A stretch of 64,000 nt of DNA, from assembly GCA_963772365.1 (NCBI GenBank), contig CAVYXA010000003.1, positions 384,001-448,000 on the forward strand, in the 5' to 3' direction. Shown in pieces: positions 1-11,397 of the stretch. Position 1 is the stretch's first letter. The number at the start of each line of letters is the position of its first letter. Below the pieces are notes generated by a model. It saw nothing but the letters and a program-made list of their open reading frames with translations. It was not told where the DNA came from and ran no database searches. The stretch is from an uncultured Verrucomicrobiae bacterium. Lineage in GTDB: Bacteria; Verrucomicrobiota; Verrucomicrobiia; Chthoniobacterales; UBA10450. Both the position numbers and the translations under genes were made by a program.

Positions 1-1
1 T

Positions 2-715
2 GTCGCGATAAACATTTTTCCGCAAGGATTTCACATCTGGAGTAAATGGATCGCTGTTCTGGCGGTGATTGGAATTGTCTACGCAGCGGCCGTCGCCCTT
101 CGCCAACGCGATCTAAAATTCGTCATTGGTTATTCCAGCGTCAGCCACATGGGTTTCGTTTTGCTCGGGCTCGCAACCGCAAACGCATTAGGAGTTTCCG
201 GTGCAGTGTTGCAGATGTTCTCTCACGGAGTGATCGCGGCCCTGCTCTTCGCCGTGGCTGGACGCATGATTTATCGCCGCACTCACACCCGCGATCTCGA
301 TGAATTGTCGATGCTGCAATTGAATCGTGCGCTGCCCTTCGCCGCGTTCACGTTCGTAATCGCCTCGGCCGCGTCGATGGGTATTCCCGGCTTCAGCGGA
401 TTCGCCGCCGAAATTACAATTTTGATCGGCGTATGGAAAACGTATCCGATCGCGGTTTGGATCACCGGCGCGGGAATGGTCCTCGTTGCTGCGTTCACCT
501 TGCGCGCTCTCATCAAGTCATTTTTTGGAGAGGTTCGGACCCAAGCGGGCCGCGTTCCGGTTGATTCGGATTGGCACGAGCTGCCGCCCATCACACTTGC
601 CGAAAAGTGTGGAGCCTCTCTGCTGATGACCGCAACGCTCGTCATTGGACTTTATCCGAAGTTTCTGCTCGATCGAATTCAACCCGCTGTCGAAGCCATG
701 CGGTTTTTGAAATGA
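2..715 (+). CDS. nuoM: NADH-quinone oxidoreductase subunit M (5'-truncated by window edge)
   Basis: DLKFVIGYSSVSHMG, QMFSHG and GIPGFSGFAAE motifs of the NuoM family; frame is open back to base 2; stop overlaps the nuoN start (ATGA). Confidence 0.9.
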   Translation, partial: VAINIFPQGFHIWSKWIAVLAVIGIVYAAAVALRQRDLKFVIGYSSVSHMGFVLLGLATANALGVSGAVLQMFSHGVIAALLFAVAGRMIYRRTHTRDLDELSMLQLNRALPFAAFTFVIASAASMGIPGFSGFAAEITILIGVWKTYPIAVWITGAGMVLVAAFTLRALIKSFFGEVRTQAGRVPVDSDWHELPPITLAEKCGASLLMTATLVIGLYPKFLLDRIQPAVEAMRFLK

Positions 716-2175
716 ACTATTTGGAACTCCTCAAGCTTGCTTCGCCAGAGGTCGTCGTCGTCGTCACAGCGCTCGCTGTGCTCACGATTGGACTCGTGAG
801 CAAGCGTGCGTCGATGTTCTGTTCGTTTATTGCTGCGTTCGGGTTAATCCTCGCGATCGGCGCGATGTCGATCTTGCCGAAAAGCGCGACGTTGTTCGGA
901 GGGATGCTTGTCATCACGCCGCTTACTGCGCTCTTCAAAATCATCTGCATGACACTCGCATTTTTTACCGTGCTCCTGGCGCAATCCGAGACTTCGTTGC
1001 GCAATCACGGCGAGTACGTCGCCATGGTTCTGTTGGCAACCGTTGGAATGATGTTGCTCGTCGGCAGCGAGGAATTGCTCATGATTTTCATCGGCCTCGA
1101 ACTGCTGGGCCTATCGCTGTATGTGCTGACGGCGTTTAACAAGATCGACATTCGTTCGGCCGAGGCCGGCCTGAAATATTTCCTGTTCGGCAGCACGGCC
1201 AGCGCGTTCACACTTTTCGGGATCAGCCTGATCTATGGAATGTCGGGATCGACTGTCCTGGCGGTAGTTGGTCAAAAGTTGATTGCCATCCCGATGCAGC
1301 CGCTACTCGTCGCAGGTCTGATCATGACGCTGGTTGGCTTCGCATTCAAAATCGCTGCTGCACCATTCCATTTTTGGGCTCCGGATGCATATCAGGGCGC
1401 GCCGATCCCAAGCGCTGCCTTTATTGCTTCGGGATCGAAAGTCGCATCCTTTGTCGTGTTAGGGAAAATTGTGCTTGTTGGATTCGGGCCAGCGCATGGC
1501 AGCGCCGCCTGGCACGGGTGGGTCGCCGGATGGTCTCCCGTTCTCGCTGCTCTGGCTGCGTTGTCGATCCTGTTAGGCAATTTCGTCGCGCTAGTGCAAA
1601 CGAATGTCCGCCGGCTCCTTGCTTATTCGGCGGTCGCGCACGCCGGATACACATTACTCGGACTAGTCGCTGGCGGCCGGGATGGGTTTTCGGCCACGTT
1701 GTTTTACACAACCATTTATGCCGCCACCTTGATCGGCGCGTTTGCGATTGTGGGATTCGTTCGACAAACGACCGGTGGCGACGACCTAAAGGACTTTGCC
1801 GGGTTATCATCACGCTCTCCGTTGCTCGCCGGATGCATGGCTATCTTCATGCTCTCCCTGGCCGGTCTCCCGCCGTTAGCAGGATTCTTCGGGAAATTCT
1901 ACCTGTTTAGTACAGCGTTTCGCGCTGGGGAAAATCACGGCTTGCTCTGGCTCGTGGCTCTTGCTCTCTTCGGCAGTTTCGTATCGCTCTATTATTATTT
2001 GATTGTGCTCAAAATGATTTTTGTGAGCGAAGCGCCGTCATCAGCAACGCAATCACCTGTCGCTTCGGGGGACTTCTTGCGCCGGATGGTTGTCCTCGTC
2101 CTCGCGGCGGTTGTCCTTCTGCTCGGAATCGCACCGCAAATATTGGCAACGCGGATTCTTGCTTCGTTACGCTGA
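712..2175 (+). CDS. nuoN: NADH-quinone oxidoreductase subunit N
   Basis: EAGLKYF, FKIAAAPFHFWAPDAYQGAP, RRLLAYSAVAHAG and SLAGLPPLAGFFGK motifs; start taken at the ATG overlapping the nuoM stop. Confidence 0.93.
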   Translation: MNYLELLKLASPEVVVVVTALAVLTIGLVSKRASMFCSFIAAFGLILAIGAMSILPKSATLFGGMLVITPLTALFKIICMTLAFFTVLLAQSETSLRNHGEYVAMVLLATVGMMLLVGSEELLMIFIGLELLGLSLYVLTAFNKIDIRSAEAGLKYFLFGSTASAFTLFGISLIYGMSGSTVLAVVGQKLIAIPMQPLLVAGLIMTLVGFAFKIAAAPFHFWAPDAYQGAPIPSAAFIASGSKVASFVVLGKIVLVGFGPAHGSAAWHGWVAGWSPVLAALAALSILLGNFVALVQTNVRRLLAYSAVAHAGYTLLGLVAGGRDGFSATLFYTTIYAATLIGAFAIVGFVRQTTGGDDLKDFAGLSSRSPLLAGCMAIFMLSLAGLPPLAGFFGKFYLFSTAFRAGENHGLLWLVALALFGSFVSLYYYLIVLKMIFVSEAPSSATQSPVASGDFLRRMVVLVLAAVVLLLGIAPQILATRILASLR

Positions 2176-2267
2176 AAATTCTGCAAAGAGCAGCGATTCG
2201 TTCTTGACGTATTCGATAGAAAAATTTTCATCGACATCGAACCAGAGAGATTGGACAAGTTGACGAG

Positions 2268-3245
2268 GTGAAGCCCGGCGCCATCAGCCAATTTATCGAT
2301 CGCCACTATCGGCACTTCAACGCCGCTGTGGTCAAGGATGCCGCAGATGCTTACATCGCGCACCTCGATCGCGGCGGAAAAATGATGATCACGTTGGCCG
2401 GTGCGATGAGCACAGGCGAATTAGGCATCTCTCTCGCCGAAATGATTCGGCAGGACAAAGTCCATGCGATTACCTGCACCGGCGCCAATCTGGAGGAGGA
2501 TCTTTTCAATCTCGTCGCTCGAACGAAGTATGAACGCATCCCCAATTATCGTGAATTGACTCCGCAGCAGGAAGAGGCGCTGCTCAAGCGGCATTTGAAT
2601 CGCGTCACAGATACCTGCATTCCTGAGGAGGAAGCCATCCGGCGGATCGAACGAATCGTGATCGACGAATGGATCAGCGCCGCGAAAAAGAAGGAGCGCT
2701 TTTTCCCGCACGAGTTCCTGTTCAAAATTCTCAAGGAATGCCGGTTGAAGAAACATTACGAAATCGACCCGGCCGACAGCTGGATGATTGCGGCGGCTCA
2801 CAAGAATCTGCCTATGGTTGTTCCCGGTTGGGAAGATTCGACGCTCGGGAACATCTTCGCCGCACGTTGCATCACCGGAATGATCTCCGATGTGCACACG
2901 GTGCGGTCCGGTATCGAATACATGATCGAGCTAGCGACTTGGTATCGGGCCGCCTCGCAGGACTCCTCGATTGGCTTTTTTCAAATAGGCGGCGGCATCG
3001 CGGGAGATTTCCCGATTTGCGTGGTGCCGATGTTGAACCAGGACATTGTCACGACTCCTGTCCCCGAGTGGGGCTACTTCTGCCAAATCAGCGATTCGAC
3101 CACGAGCTTCGGTTCTTATTCCGGCGCTGTGCCCAACGAAAAAATTACCTGGGGCAAACTAAACGCCGATACTCCGAAGTTCATTATCGAATCCGACGCG
3201 ACCATCGTTGCCCCGCTGGTTTTTGCGAAAATCCTTGGCTGGTAA
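2268..3245 (+). CDS. Deoxyhypusine synthase-like protein (DHS/homospermidine synthase family)
   Basis: TGANLEED, IGGGIAGDF and SYSGAVPNEKITWGK motifs. Confidence 0.88.
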   Translation: MKPGAISQFIDRHYRHFNAAVVKDAADAYIAHLDRGGKMMITLAGAMSTGELGISLAEMIRQDKVHAITCTGANLEEDLFNLVARTKYERIPNYRELTPQQEEALLKRHLNRVTDTCIPEEEAIRRIERIVIDEWISAAKKKERFFPHEFLFKILKECRLKKHYEIDPADSWMIAAAHKNLPMVVPGWEDSTLGNIFAARCITGMISDVHTVRSGIEYMIELATWYRAASQDSSIGFFQIGGGIAGDFPICVVPMLNQDIVTTPVPEWGYFCQISDSTTSFGSYSGAVPNEKITWGKLNADTPKFIIESDATIVAPLVFAKILGW

Positions 3246-3296
3246 CAGCCGCGGCTTCGGGCTTGACCGCGTTTCGCGCTCCGGAAAGAATTCAGC

Positions 3297-4025
3297 ATGA
3301 AAAAATTCTCGATCTTTCACGGCGTCTTATTGGCAACTATCGGGATTCTAGTTTCGGCCTTTGGGCAGGAGCCGATCAATCCCGCAGACACATCGCTTAA
3401 AAAAGCCCAGGACAGACTTCCGGCCGATCGACCACAAATAACCGCCACGCCTAGCCAAGGTCCCGTTTCTACCTCCACCGCCGAGACCGGCGAAGCCGAA
3501 ATGATGAACCAGATGATGGAGATGTCGAAGTTAGGCGAGAACCATAAACTGCTTGCCACTTTGGCGGGGACTTGGACTTACACCGTGAAATTCTGGATGA
3601 ATCCCGATCCCAATGCGAAACCGCAGGAATCGAAGGGGACGGCTGTTCGTAAGCCGCTCTGGGATGGCCGCTACTTCATTCTCGACATCGCGGGCAAAAT
3701 GCAGGTGCCGGGACCCGGTGGGAAAATGCAAGAGAAGACGTTTAAGGGAATGGGGATCGAAGGATACGATAATGCGCAACAGAAGTTCGTCAGCGCGTGG
3801 ATGGACAATTTCGGAACCGGCATCGTAATGGCTGGAGGTGCATACGATTCCAGCACAAAAACGTTTAATTATACGGGCGAGTACGAGCCAGCGCCTGGAA
3901 TGAAGGAACAGTTCCGCGAAGTGGTGAAAATTATCGATAAGGACCATCACACTCTCCAGTGGTATGAGAACAGAGACGGGAAAGAAGTGAAGACGATGCA
4001 GATTGATTATACGCGCAAAAAATGA
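3297..4025 (+). CDS. Secreted DUF1579-like protein
   Basis: Signal peptide; HKLLATLAGTW, FKGMGIEGYDN and FVSAWMDNFGTG patterns. Confidence 0.7.
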   Translation: MKKFSIFHGVLLATIGILVSAFGQEPINPADTSLKKAQDRLPADRPQITATPSQGPVSTSTAETGEAEMMNQMMEMSKLGENHKLLATLAGTWTYTVKFWMNPDPNAKPQESKGTAVRKPLWDGRYFILDIAGKMQVPGPGGKMQEKTFKGMGIEGYDNAQQKFVSAWMDNFGTGIVMAGGAYDSSTKTFNYTGEYEPAPGMKEQFREVVKIIDKDHHTLQWYENRDGKEVKTMQIDYTRKK

Positions 4026-4066
4026 CGCGTGGCGTCTAACTTTCTCGTTTCCGTCGATCTTCTTTT

Positions 4067-5041
4067 GTGCCAGCGAATGCTGACGTCAGATCGCAGTTCC
4101 CTTCCGAGCAATCGGCTTCAGGGGAATTTCAGCGGCAGGAAGACGTTTTCCGGGAATGGATATCGAGCGATGGGTCAACTGCATATCCCGCCGCGCGGGA
4201 CCGCTATCATCTCTATGTGTCGCTGGCGTGTCCCTGGGCAAGCCGCACCATCATTTTTCGCAAACTAAAAGGCCTCGAAGAAACGATTGGCATGACGATT
4301 GTCGATCCTATCCGTGACGAAAAAGGCTGGGCATTTCGACCGGAGCGCGACCCGGTCAATGGGTTTGAAAATTTGAGCCAGGCCTACACTGCGACCGATC
4401 CGGATTACAAAGAGCGGGTGACTGTGCCTGTCCTTTGGGACAAGCAGTCGAAGCGGATCGTAAACAACTGCGAGGATGACATCTGCCGCATGTTTAACGA
4501 TGTGTTTAACGAGTTTGGCAGGAACGATGTCGATTTTTTCCCGAAGGAGATCGAGACCGATCACGCGAAGCTGTCCCAGTTCATCCACGACAATATCAAT
4601 AACGGCGTTTACAAGGCTGGGTTCGCCAGTCGCCAGCGGCCTTACGAGATTTCCTGCCGGAAACTTTTCGAGGCGCTCGATAAAACGGAGCACCGGTTAT
4701 CCACGAGCCGATACCTGTTCGGCAATCGTCTTGTTGAAGCAGATTGGCGTTTGTTCTGTACGCTGGTCCGATTCGACGTGGTTTATTACATCCATTTCAA
4801 GTGCAGTCTGCGCCGCATCATCGATTATCCAAATCTGCGGGGCTATCTCATGGACCTGTATCAACAGCGCGGTATCGCAGAGACCGTCAGTTTCGATCAC
4901 ATCAAACGTCATTATTACATGACGCATCGCGAGATTAACCCGACGCGAATTGTGCCACTCGGTCCCGTTGTCGATCTTAGCCTGCCGCACGGCCGGGAGA
5001 AATTGTCCGGATCGGAACCGCACACGGAAGATAACCTGTAG
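4067..5041 (+). CDS. Glutathionyl-hydroquinone reductase / omega-like glutathione S-transferase (YqjG family)
   Basis: RYHLYVSLACPWASR, VTVPVLWDK, INNGVYKAGFA and HIKRHYY motifs. Confidence 0.92.
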   Translation: MPANADVRSQFPSEQSASGEFQRQEDVFREWISSDGSTAYPAARDRYHLYVSLACPWASRTIIFRKLKGLEETIGMTIVDPIRDEKGWAFRPERDPVNGFENLSQAYTATDPDYKERVTVPVLWDKQSKRIVNNCEDDICRMFNDVFNEFGRNDVDFFPKEIETDHAKLSQFIHDNINNGVYKAGFASRQRPYEISCRKLFEALDKTEHRLSTSRYLFGNRLVEADWRLFCTLVRFDVVYYIHFKCSLRRIIDYPNLRGYLMDLYQQRGIAETVSFDHIKRHYYMTHREINPTRIVPLGPVVDLSLPHGREKLSGSEPHTEDNL

Positions 5042-5165
5042 AGAAAACTGGTAGCTTCCTTCCAAAATCGGGCTCGGCATAAGGACTGCTTTCGATCTCA
5101 AGAGCCGCTCGGATACGACCAGTCTAAAAGCCGTTCGCGAATCCAGTGGCAGTTGGGTGGGGAAG

Positions 5166-5561
5166 ATGAGCGAGGATCGGACGAAAGTTTCTGACCAGGC
5201 GGGCAAGAGTTTGCGCATTCTCGTTGTGGAAGATCACGGTGATACGCGACGAACACTGGCTCGGCTCTTGAGTTATTTCGGGCATGAGATTTCGGCAGCC
5301 GATTCCAAGTACAGCGCCTTGGAAATGATTGCCGCCAAAAAATTCGATGTTCTCCTGAGCGATATTGCTTTGCCCGATGGAACCGGCTACGAAGTGATGT
5401 CACAGGCCAGGGAAAAACAGTCGATCAAAGGAGTCGCCCTCACTGGCTTGGATCAGGAAGAAGACATCAATCGCGGTCGCGCAGCCGGCTTTGATTTCTA
5501 TCTGAGCAAGCCAGTAGATTTTCACGAGCTTCGCACCGTTCTGGGAAATATCGGAGCGTGA
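5166..5561 (+). CDS. Single-domain response regulator (REC)
   Basis: ILVVED, LLSDIALPDGTG, ALTG and LSKPV receiver motifs. Confidence 0.85.
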   Translation: MSEDRTKVSDQAGKSLRILVVEDHGDTRRTLARLLSYFGHEISAADSKYSALEMIAAKKFDVLLSDIALPDGTGYEVMSQAREKQSIKGVALTGLDQEEDINRGRAAGFDFYLSKPVDFHELRTVLGNIGA

Positions 5562-5747
5562 CTGCCGCCGGGCGAAGATCAGTTTAACGTCTAATAACTG
5601 CGGGCGGATTGATCAGCGGCGCAGCGTTATTTCGCGGAGGTAAGGCATCCGTTCCCCACGGACTTTACGATCTCTCGGAGAGACTGTGAAAACCACATCT
5701 CATATCCGCCCAAAAACCCATTGGCATGCTACGCCAGCGTCATTCCC

Positions 5748-8662
5748 ATGAATCCTATGAAATCATCCATCATCCCTGCAGTTGTTGTCGTTCTAAATAA
5801 ATGGTATCGCGTCGCACAATTCGATTCGAATGGCTTGCGAAGGTTCACTCGCCTGTTGTCTGTGGTTCTTTTTCTGTCCTGCGGCTCGGCACTCGGTTTT
5901 GTCGCACTGACTTATCCGACGTCAAACATCAAACTTCTTCGGCTTGCTTATGACCATCCCTCTACAACGCGCGTCAGCTTACACGCCGATTAATCCAAAC
6001 ATTGTGCGTGCTGTTCGCGCGCAAGCGATGGGTGCAGTCAGCGGACCGACCTTCGGCCATCCCATCATCAGCGGAGTTCAAGGTGTCGGTTTCGAACAGG
6101 ATTTGCGCGCTGATCCTTCAGACGCGGCCCGGATTTACACCAGCGCGCCGGGATCGGAGTCATCGGACACGAGCTGGATCTGGCAATCGCTGGACGGAGG
6201 TCTAACGTTCAAGTGGGTTACGGCGGCGATCCCGTTTGAGGGGAAACCAACCCCGCCATGCGCCGGTGGCGGCGATAGCGAATTAGGCGTGGACATCATG
6301 GGTCGTATCTATTTTTGCGACTTGACCCTGGCTAACTTCAGCACTGCGCGTTCGGATGATTTGGGTGCAACCTTCATTTGCAGCAATACTGGCGTGCCGG
6401 ACGCAGTCGTGGATCGACAGTGGTATGCCTTTGATGGTGATCCTTTGAACGGCGGCAGCATTTACCTAACGAACGATGAAGTCGCGCAAAGCCCGGCGAT
6501 GTGCGGTGCGCCAACGAACTTCGGCCAGAACATTCTGGTTATGTATCGGTCGCCGATAACAGGTGCGCCGGCAACAACTGCAGGTATTGAGTTCGGCCCA
6601 GCCAACAAGGTGAGTGACCCGATGGGCTGTGACGAAGGTATCATGGGCAACAACGAAGTGAGCCCAGTCGCCACTACCCTCGGTCAGCCCGACGGCAGCG
6701 GCGGCTACACAACTTTGCCCGCGCCGGTGAAAGCACGTCTTCGTTGTTCACGACGATGCGTTGCTAAATCAGAATCCTGATTGGCCGCTGTTTCCCAGTC
6801 GCGTTCGGACGCGCCGGTGCCAAACGTGAGCGATCCGAGCGGATTGAATTGCGCCGATCTCCCGGTGACGGAACTCGGCACAGAGTGTGAAGACAGGCGG
6901 GAATTTCCCGACCATGGCAATCGACGCGGCGGGCAATCTTTACACGGTGTGGGAACAAGCGCCCATCGACGCCGGTGGTCTGGTTACTGGCGATACGGTG
7001 TTGAAATACAGTTACTCCACCGACCAGGGCAACACATGGTCGGCGCCGATAACGATCGATACTTCCGGCTCGCCGGTGGGGATATTGCACACAAATGTTT
7101 TTGCCTGGATCGCAGCGGGTGATGATGGCCGTGTTGGGATCGCGTGGTAGGCACACCGGGCCAGCCACCATTTCCTGCCAACGGACCGGATTCCTGCGGA
7201 TCGAATTGCGACTGGAGCTTGTGGTACGTGATGAGCACAAACGCGCACGAGCGCCACGCCCAGCTTTAGCGCGCCGGTAGAGGCGAGTGAACATTTCGTT
7301 CACCGCGGCAGCCAGTACACCTTGATCGGCGGCCAAAATGGCGACCGCACCCAGGGCGATTTTCTCCAGATGCGAATGGGCGCGCGCGGCGAAGCCGAAA
7401 TCGGTTATTCGGATTCGAACAATGTCGATGAAGTATTCGCGCCGCACGGTATGTTCGTCAGGCAAAATGGCGGGCCTGGTTTACTGGTTGCTTCTTCACC
7501 GGTCAGCGTTTCCGGCCTGACTCCATTTAACAGCGTGACCGATCCGACTGGCGACGGGAAATACCAGCAAGGCGGAATCAGTAATGCGAACATGCCGCAA
7601 CTCGACGTCACCGGATCCAACATCACAATTGCGACCACTGCGCCCGTGCTCTGCGGCGGCGCCATGTTATCGAGTTGAGATGCGGATCAACAATCTCTCT
7701 CTTGCTCCAAGTATTACGCAGGATCCCGATATCGATCTCGTGTGGAGCACGCAGTGGCTGGTGCCCTCTTCCACGGATGTCAACGGCGGAAAGAACTTCC
7801 ACGTTTATGCCGAATCGACCAATGGCGGCGGTTTCCAGTGTTACTACGGCGAAAATGCAGCCGCGGCGGTCGGCGGTGGCGTGGCGCTCACTTATCCGGG
7901 AGGAAGTACTGCGCTGCCTGCGGCGAATTGCCAATCCACGCTCGGCCCGAACGGCAACATTGTGATTTACGTGCCGCTCAGCAACGTCGCCGAAGCCGGC
8001 GCGATCGACACCAAATTGCATGAAGTGACGGCGAGCACCATGACTTTGCAGGGGCCGGCAAATGCGGTCCAGCCAGTCGGCGGAATCGGCGGGTCGTTGT
8101 TTAACCTTATCGATGTGGCGCAGGGTTATGTCTTCGACCCGGCGCAGGTCACGTTTCACGAAGGTCGTCTCGCGTAAAGTGCACGGCTCGGCGGGAACCT
8201 TTGACATTGAGCTGGCGCAAAACGGGCTCGTCTGCCGACGAATGCCGCAGCGGCGGATCCGGTGGAAATTACCAGTTGATTGTCACTTTCGTGAATCCAG
8301 ATCTCCGCAGTTGCCGGCGCGACGGTGACATCGGGAACAGGTATGGTGGATAGCGTGAGCTTCAGCGGTCGGACGTAACCATTAATCTAAGTGGCGTCAC
8401 CACTTCGCAGAGGCTGGTGATTACGCTTAACGGCGTGAACGACGGCACAACCACCGGCACCGCTACAATCACGATGCCTGTCCTGGTTGGCGACACAAAC
8501 GGCAACGGCGCGGTCAACTCCACTGACATCGGCCAAACCAAATCTCAATCAGGCCAGCCCGTGACCGCTTCCAATTTCCGCGAAGATGTGACCGCCGATG
8601 GTAACTTAAACAGCAGCGACATCTCGCTCGTGAAGTCGAAATCAGGCACCGGCCTGCCTTAG
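5748..8662 (+). CDS. Large secreted protein, BNR/sialidase-like propeller plus C-terminal dockerin-like domain; split by several frameshifts
   Basis: Consecutive fragments in different frames with Asp-box motifs (SLDGGLTF, SDDLGATF, STDQGNTW) and a C-terminal GDTNGNGAVNSTDI...DVTADGNLNSSDI repeat; start uncertain. Confidence 0.65.
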
Positions 8663-8777
8663 CGCGGAGAGAGAAGCCAGTCGATTTCCACGAGGTGCGG
8701 GAGGGCTCGGGGAAAAGTCAGCCCCTAACATCTCTGGATTTTCATCCTTCATCCTTCTACTTTCCTCCTTTGAAACC

Positions 8778-8849
8778 GTCCCCGTAGTTCAACGGATAGA
8801 ACGGAGGTTTCCTAAACCTTAAATGGGAGTTCGATTCTCCCCGGGGACG
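8778..8849 (+). tRNA. tRNA-Arg(CCT)
   Basis: Acceptor stem GTCCCCG/CGGGGAC, anticodon arm GAGGT-TTCCTAA-ACCTT, GTTCGA T-loop; CCA not encoded. Confidence 0.95.
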
Positions 8850-8956
8850 CTTCGTCTAGCTTCGTGCGCGCTTTACAAGCCACTGCGCTTTAAAGACTAT
8901 GGCGCCTCCGGCGATTGGTTGTACCATCCTCTTCGGAGAAGCCGATCCACCTTCCT

Positions 8957-10762
8957 ATGTCGATGGTAAGTCGAGAGAACTCTAAAACATTCGTTTGGGC
9001 AGTGGCCGTTTCAATGGCCGCCGGGTTTCTTTATTTCCTCACCGCAGCTCGTGATATCGTGGTCGGCGATAATCCCGAGCTGATCACCGTCGCGGTCACA
9101 TTGGGCGTGGCGCACTCGCCCGGGTATCCGTTGTTCACCATGCTGGGTCATCTCTTCAGTTTATTGCCGATCGGTTCGATTCCGTTTCGCGTGAATCTTC
9201 TTTCGGTTGTGTGCGACGCGCTTACTGCCGGCGTCGTTTTTCTCACTGCATTTCGTCTGACGCGTTCTCATCTCGCGGCTGCAATGGCAGCCCTTGTCCT
9301 TGCCCTGAATCCCCTGTTTTGGTCATGGTCGTTAGTCGCGGAGGTATTCCCGCTCAATAACCTTTTGGCTGCGACATTGATTTATCTGCTCGTGATCTGG
9401 TACAGCGAACCGGAGCGGGTTGGGGTTTTGACGGCAGCGGCCTTCGTCGCCGGCCTGGCCCTTTCAAATCATCAAACAATTGTTCTGCTCGGTCCGGCGG
9501 TTTGCTTTTTGTTATGGCAACGCCGCAGCGTATCTTGGGCTCAGCCACGAGTGTTTGCTTATTGCATCGTCGCGTTCCTGATTGGATTGCTGCCCTACCT
9601 TTACGTGCCGTGGGCCGCGGCACATCATCCAGCTTACAACTGGGGCGGAGTTTCGTCGCTGCATGATCTCGTTGCCTTGATCCTGCGCCAAAGCTATGGC
9701 GGGCATCATCTGGTTGCCCGCGCTTATCAGGGCGGCTCGTTGTTGCAGCGGGTTCTGGCGCTCTGCCTTTCTTTCAGCGCGCTGATGATCGTGCTGGGGC
9801 TGATCGGACTCGTGCAGTCTTATCTTCGAGAGCGATGGTACTTTTGGTTCAGTCTGCTGGCTTTCATTTTTACCGGTCCGTTTTTTGTTGCGATCACCGA
9901 TCTCAATCTTGCCGCGCCATCGGCTCTGTTCGTTCTCGAGCGATTCTTTGTCCTGCCTCAAGTAGTCGTGGCGCCGCTGGCGGCACTGGGCGCAATTTAT
10001 CTCGCCGAACAAATCGCCGCCTACGCACCGGGATTCCCGATCCGGCCATTGTCGATCCTCGCTGCAGGAGTGGGCCTCGTGTTGATTGTCGGTTTAATCA
10101 CAAATTATCGACACGTGAATCAACGTAACAATCACATCGCCCGCACATATGCGCAGGATCTTTTGAACACCGCGCCGCCAGATACGATTCTTCTCGCGAC
10201 GGGCGACGGGCTGGCGTTGCCGCCCATTTATCTCCACATCGTGGAGCGAGTGCGCCCGGACGTGACCATCATTGTTCCGCCGCTGTTGCCTGCCTCCTGG
10301 TATGTAAATCAGTTGCGCGAACACGATCCGAATCTGCGCATTCCCTTCGATCGTTATGACCGGCGTCAGGGCAACATTCGAACATTGGTCGAGGCCAATC
10401 CTGGCCGTCCGGTGGCAATCGTCGGCCCTGTCCCCGATAATAGTCTTGAGCGCGATTACAAGGCGCGTTTGTTTGGACTAATGATGATTGTCGAGCGCAA
10501 ATCGAAACTAATCACGTTGTCTGAGATGGTGATGGAGAACGATCAATTGAGTAAAAAATACAGTCCGCCGCCGCCTGGGCAGATCAACGCGAAGGGTTTT
10601 GAGAGCGACATTCTCGCCTTGTACGCGCAGCCGGATTGGCGAATCGGGAACGAATACGAACGCGCCGGGCTGAAATCGCCTGCCCGCGACCGTTATCAGC
10701 GCGCGCTTTCCATCGATCCCAATTTTGTCGCGGCGCATCAGGCGCTGGAACGGCTTGATTAA
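8957..10762 (+). CDS. DUF2723 / TMEM260-like GT-C membrane glycosyltransferase with C-terminal TPR
   Basis: GDNPELI, LGVAHSPGYPLF, AEVFPLN and GLALSNH motifs; many transmembrane segments; RALSIDP TPR end. Confidence 0.8.
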   Translation: MSMVSRENSKTFVWAVAVSMAAGFLYFLTAARDIVVGDNPELITVAVTLGVAHSPGYPLFTMLGHLFSLLPIGSIPFRVNLLSVVCDALTAGVVFLTAFRLTRSHLAAAMAALVLALNPLFWSWSLVAEVFPLNNLLAATLIYLLVIWYSEPERVGVLTAAAFVAGLALSNHQTIVLLGPAVCFLLWQRRSVSWAQPRVFAYCIVAFLIGLLPYLYVPWAAAHHPAYNWGGVSSLHDLVALILRQSYGGHHLVARAYQGGSLLQRVLALCLSFSALMIVLGLIGLVQSYLRERWYFWFSLLAFIFTGPFFVAITDLNLAAPSALFVLERFFVLPQVVVAPLAALGAIYLAEQIAAYAPGFPIRPLSILAAGVGLVLIVGLITNYRHVNQRNNHIARTYAQDLLNTAPPDTILLATGDGLALPPIYLHIVERVRPDVTIIVPPLLPASWYVNQLREHDPNLRIPFDRYDRRQGNIRTLVEANPGRPVAIVGPVPDNSLERDYKARLFGLMMIVERKSKLITLSEMVMENDQLSKKYSPPPPGQINAKGFESDILALYAQPDWRIGNEYERAGLKSPARDRYQRALSIDPNFVAAHQALERLD

Positions 10763-10868
10763 ACTAGAGTGTATTCATTGTTCGTTTGGTTTCGGAGCGA
10801 ACGGCACGTAACCAATCCTCACTAGGCGGGTGCGCTCGCCGAGCAGTAGCTATTCGAAGCATGGTCCG

Positions 10869-10902
10869 CCTCTCCCTTCAAGGGAGAGGATTGAGGTGAG
10901 GG
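10869..10902. repeat. REP-like palindrome (CCTCTCCC...GGGAGAGG type)
   Basis: CCTCTCCCTTCAAGGGAGAGG hairpin followed by ATTGAGGTGAGGG, intergenic. Confidence 0.65.
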
Positions 10903-11001
10903 TCTTTATTCGGCGTGATAGTGCGCAGCTATCGATAGACCGGCCTCTTTCGAATCCGTTCTTGCCGAAGGAGGCCGAATCCGATACAAGCTCGTTTCCA
11001 T

Positions 11002-11262
11002 ATGGACTTCAGCGCTCATTCTATTATCTGGACTTTGGTGATCGGCCTCATCGTTGGCGCGATCGCAAAACTTCTTATGCCGGGCAAAGATCCCGGCGGT
11101 TGCATCATTACCATCCTGCTCGGTATCGCCGGCGCATTCGTCGGGACGTGGATCGGCCGCGTCTTCATGGGGCCGAACTATGTCGCGCATTGGATCATGT
11201 CGATCATCGGCGCAATGATTCTGTTGCTGCTGTATCGATTGCTTTTCCGGCGCGGCGTTTAG
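11002..11262 (+). CDS. GlsB/YeaQ/YmgE family (transglycosylase-associated) membrane protein
   Basis: IGLIVGAIAKLLMPGKDPGG and TILLGIAGAFVG motifs. Confidence 0.9.
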   Translation: MDFSAHSIIWTLVIGLIVGAIAKLLMPGKDPGGCIITILLGIAGAFVGTWIGRVFMGPNYVAHWIMSIIGAMILLLLYRLLFRRGV

Positions 11263-11397
11263 GCGGCGTTCGGCGGCATCATTGGTTCGTCTTTCGCAGA
11301 TTGCGCCTGCCGAACGAATCTGGGCGGCGTGACACTGTGCGATCTATGATTGCATTCTCGCTCGTCACTCGTCACTTGTCACTCATCCCTGTTTGTG

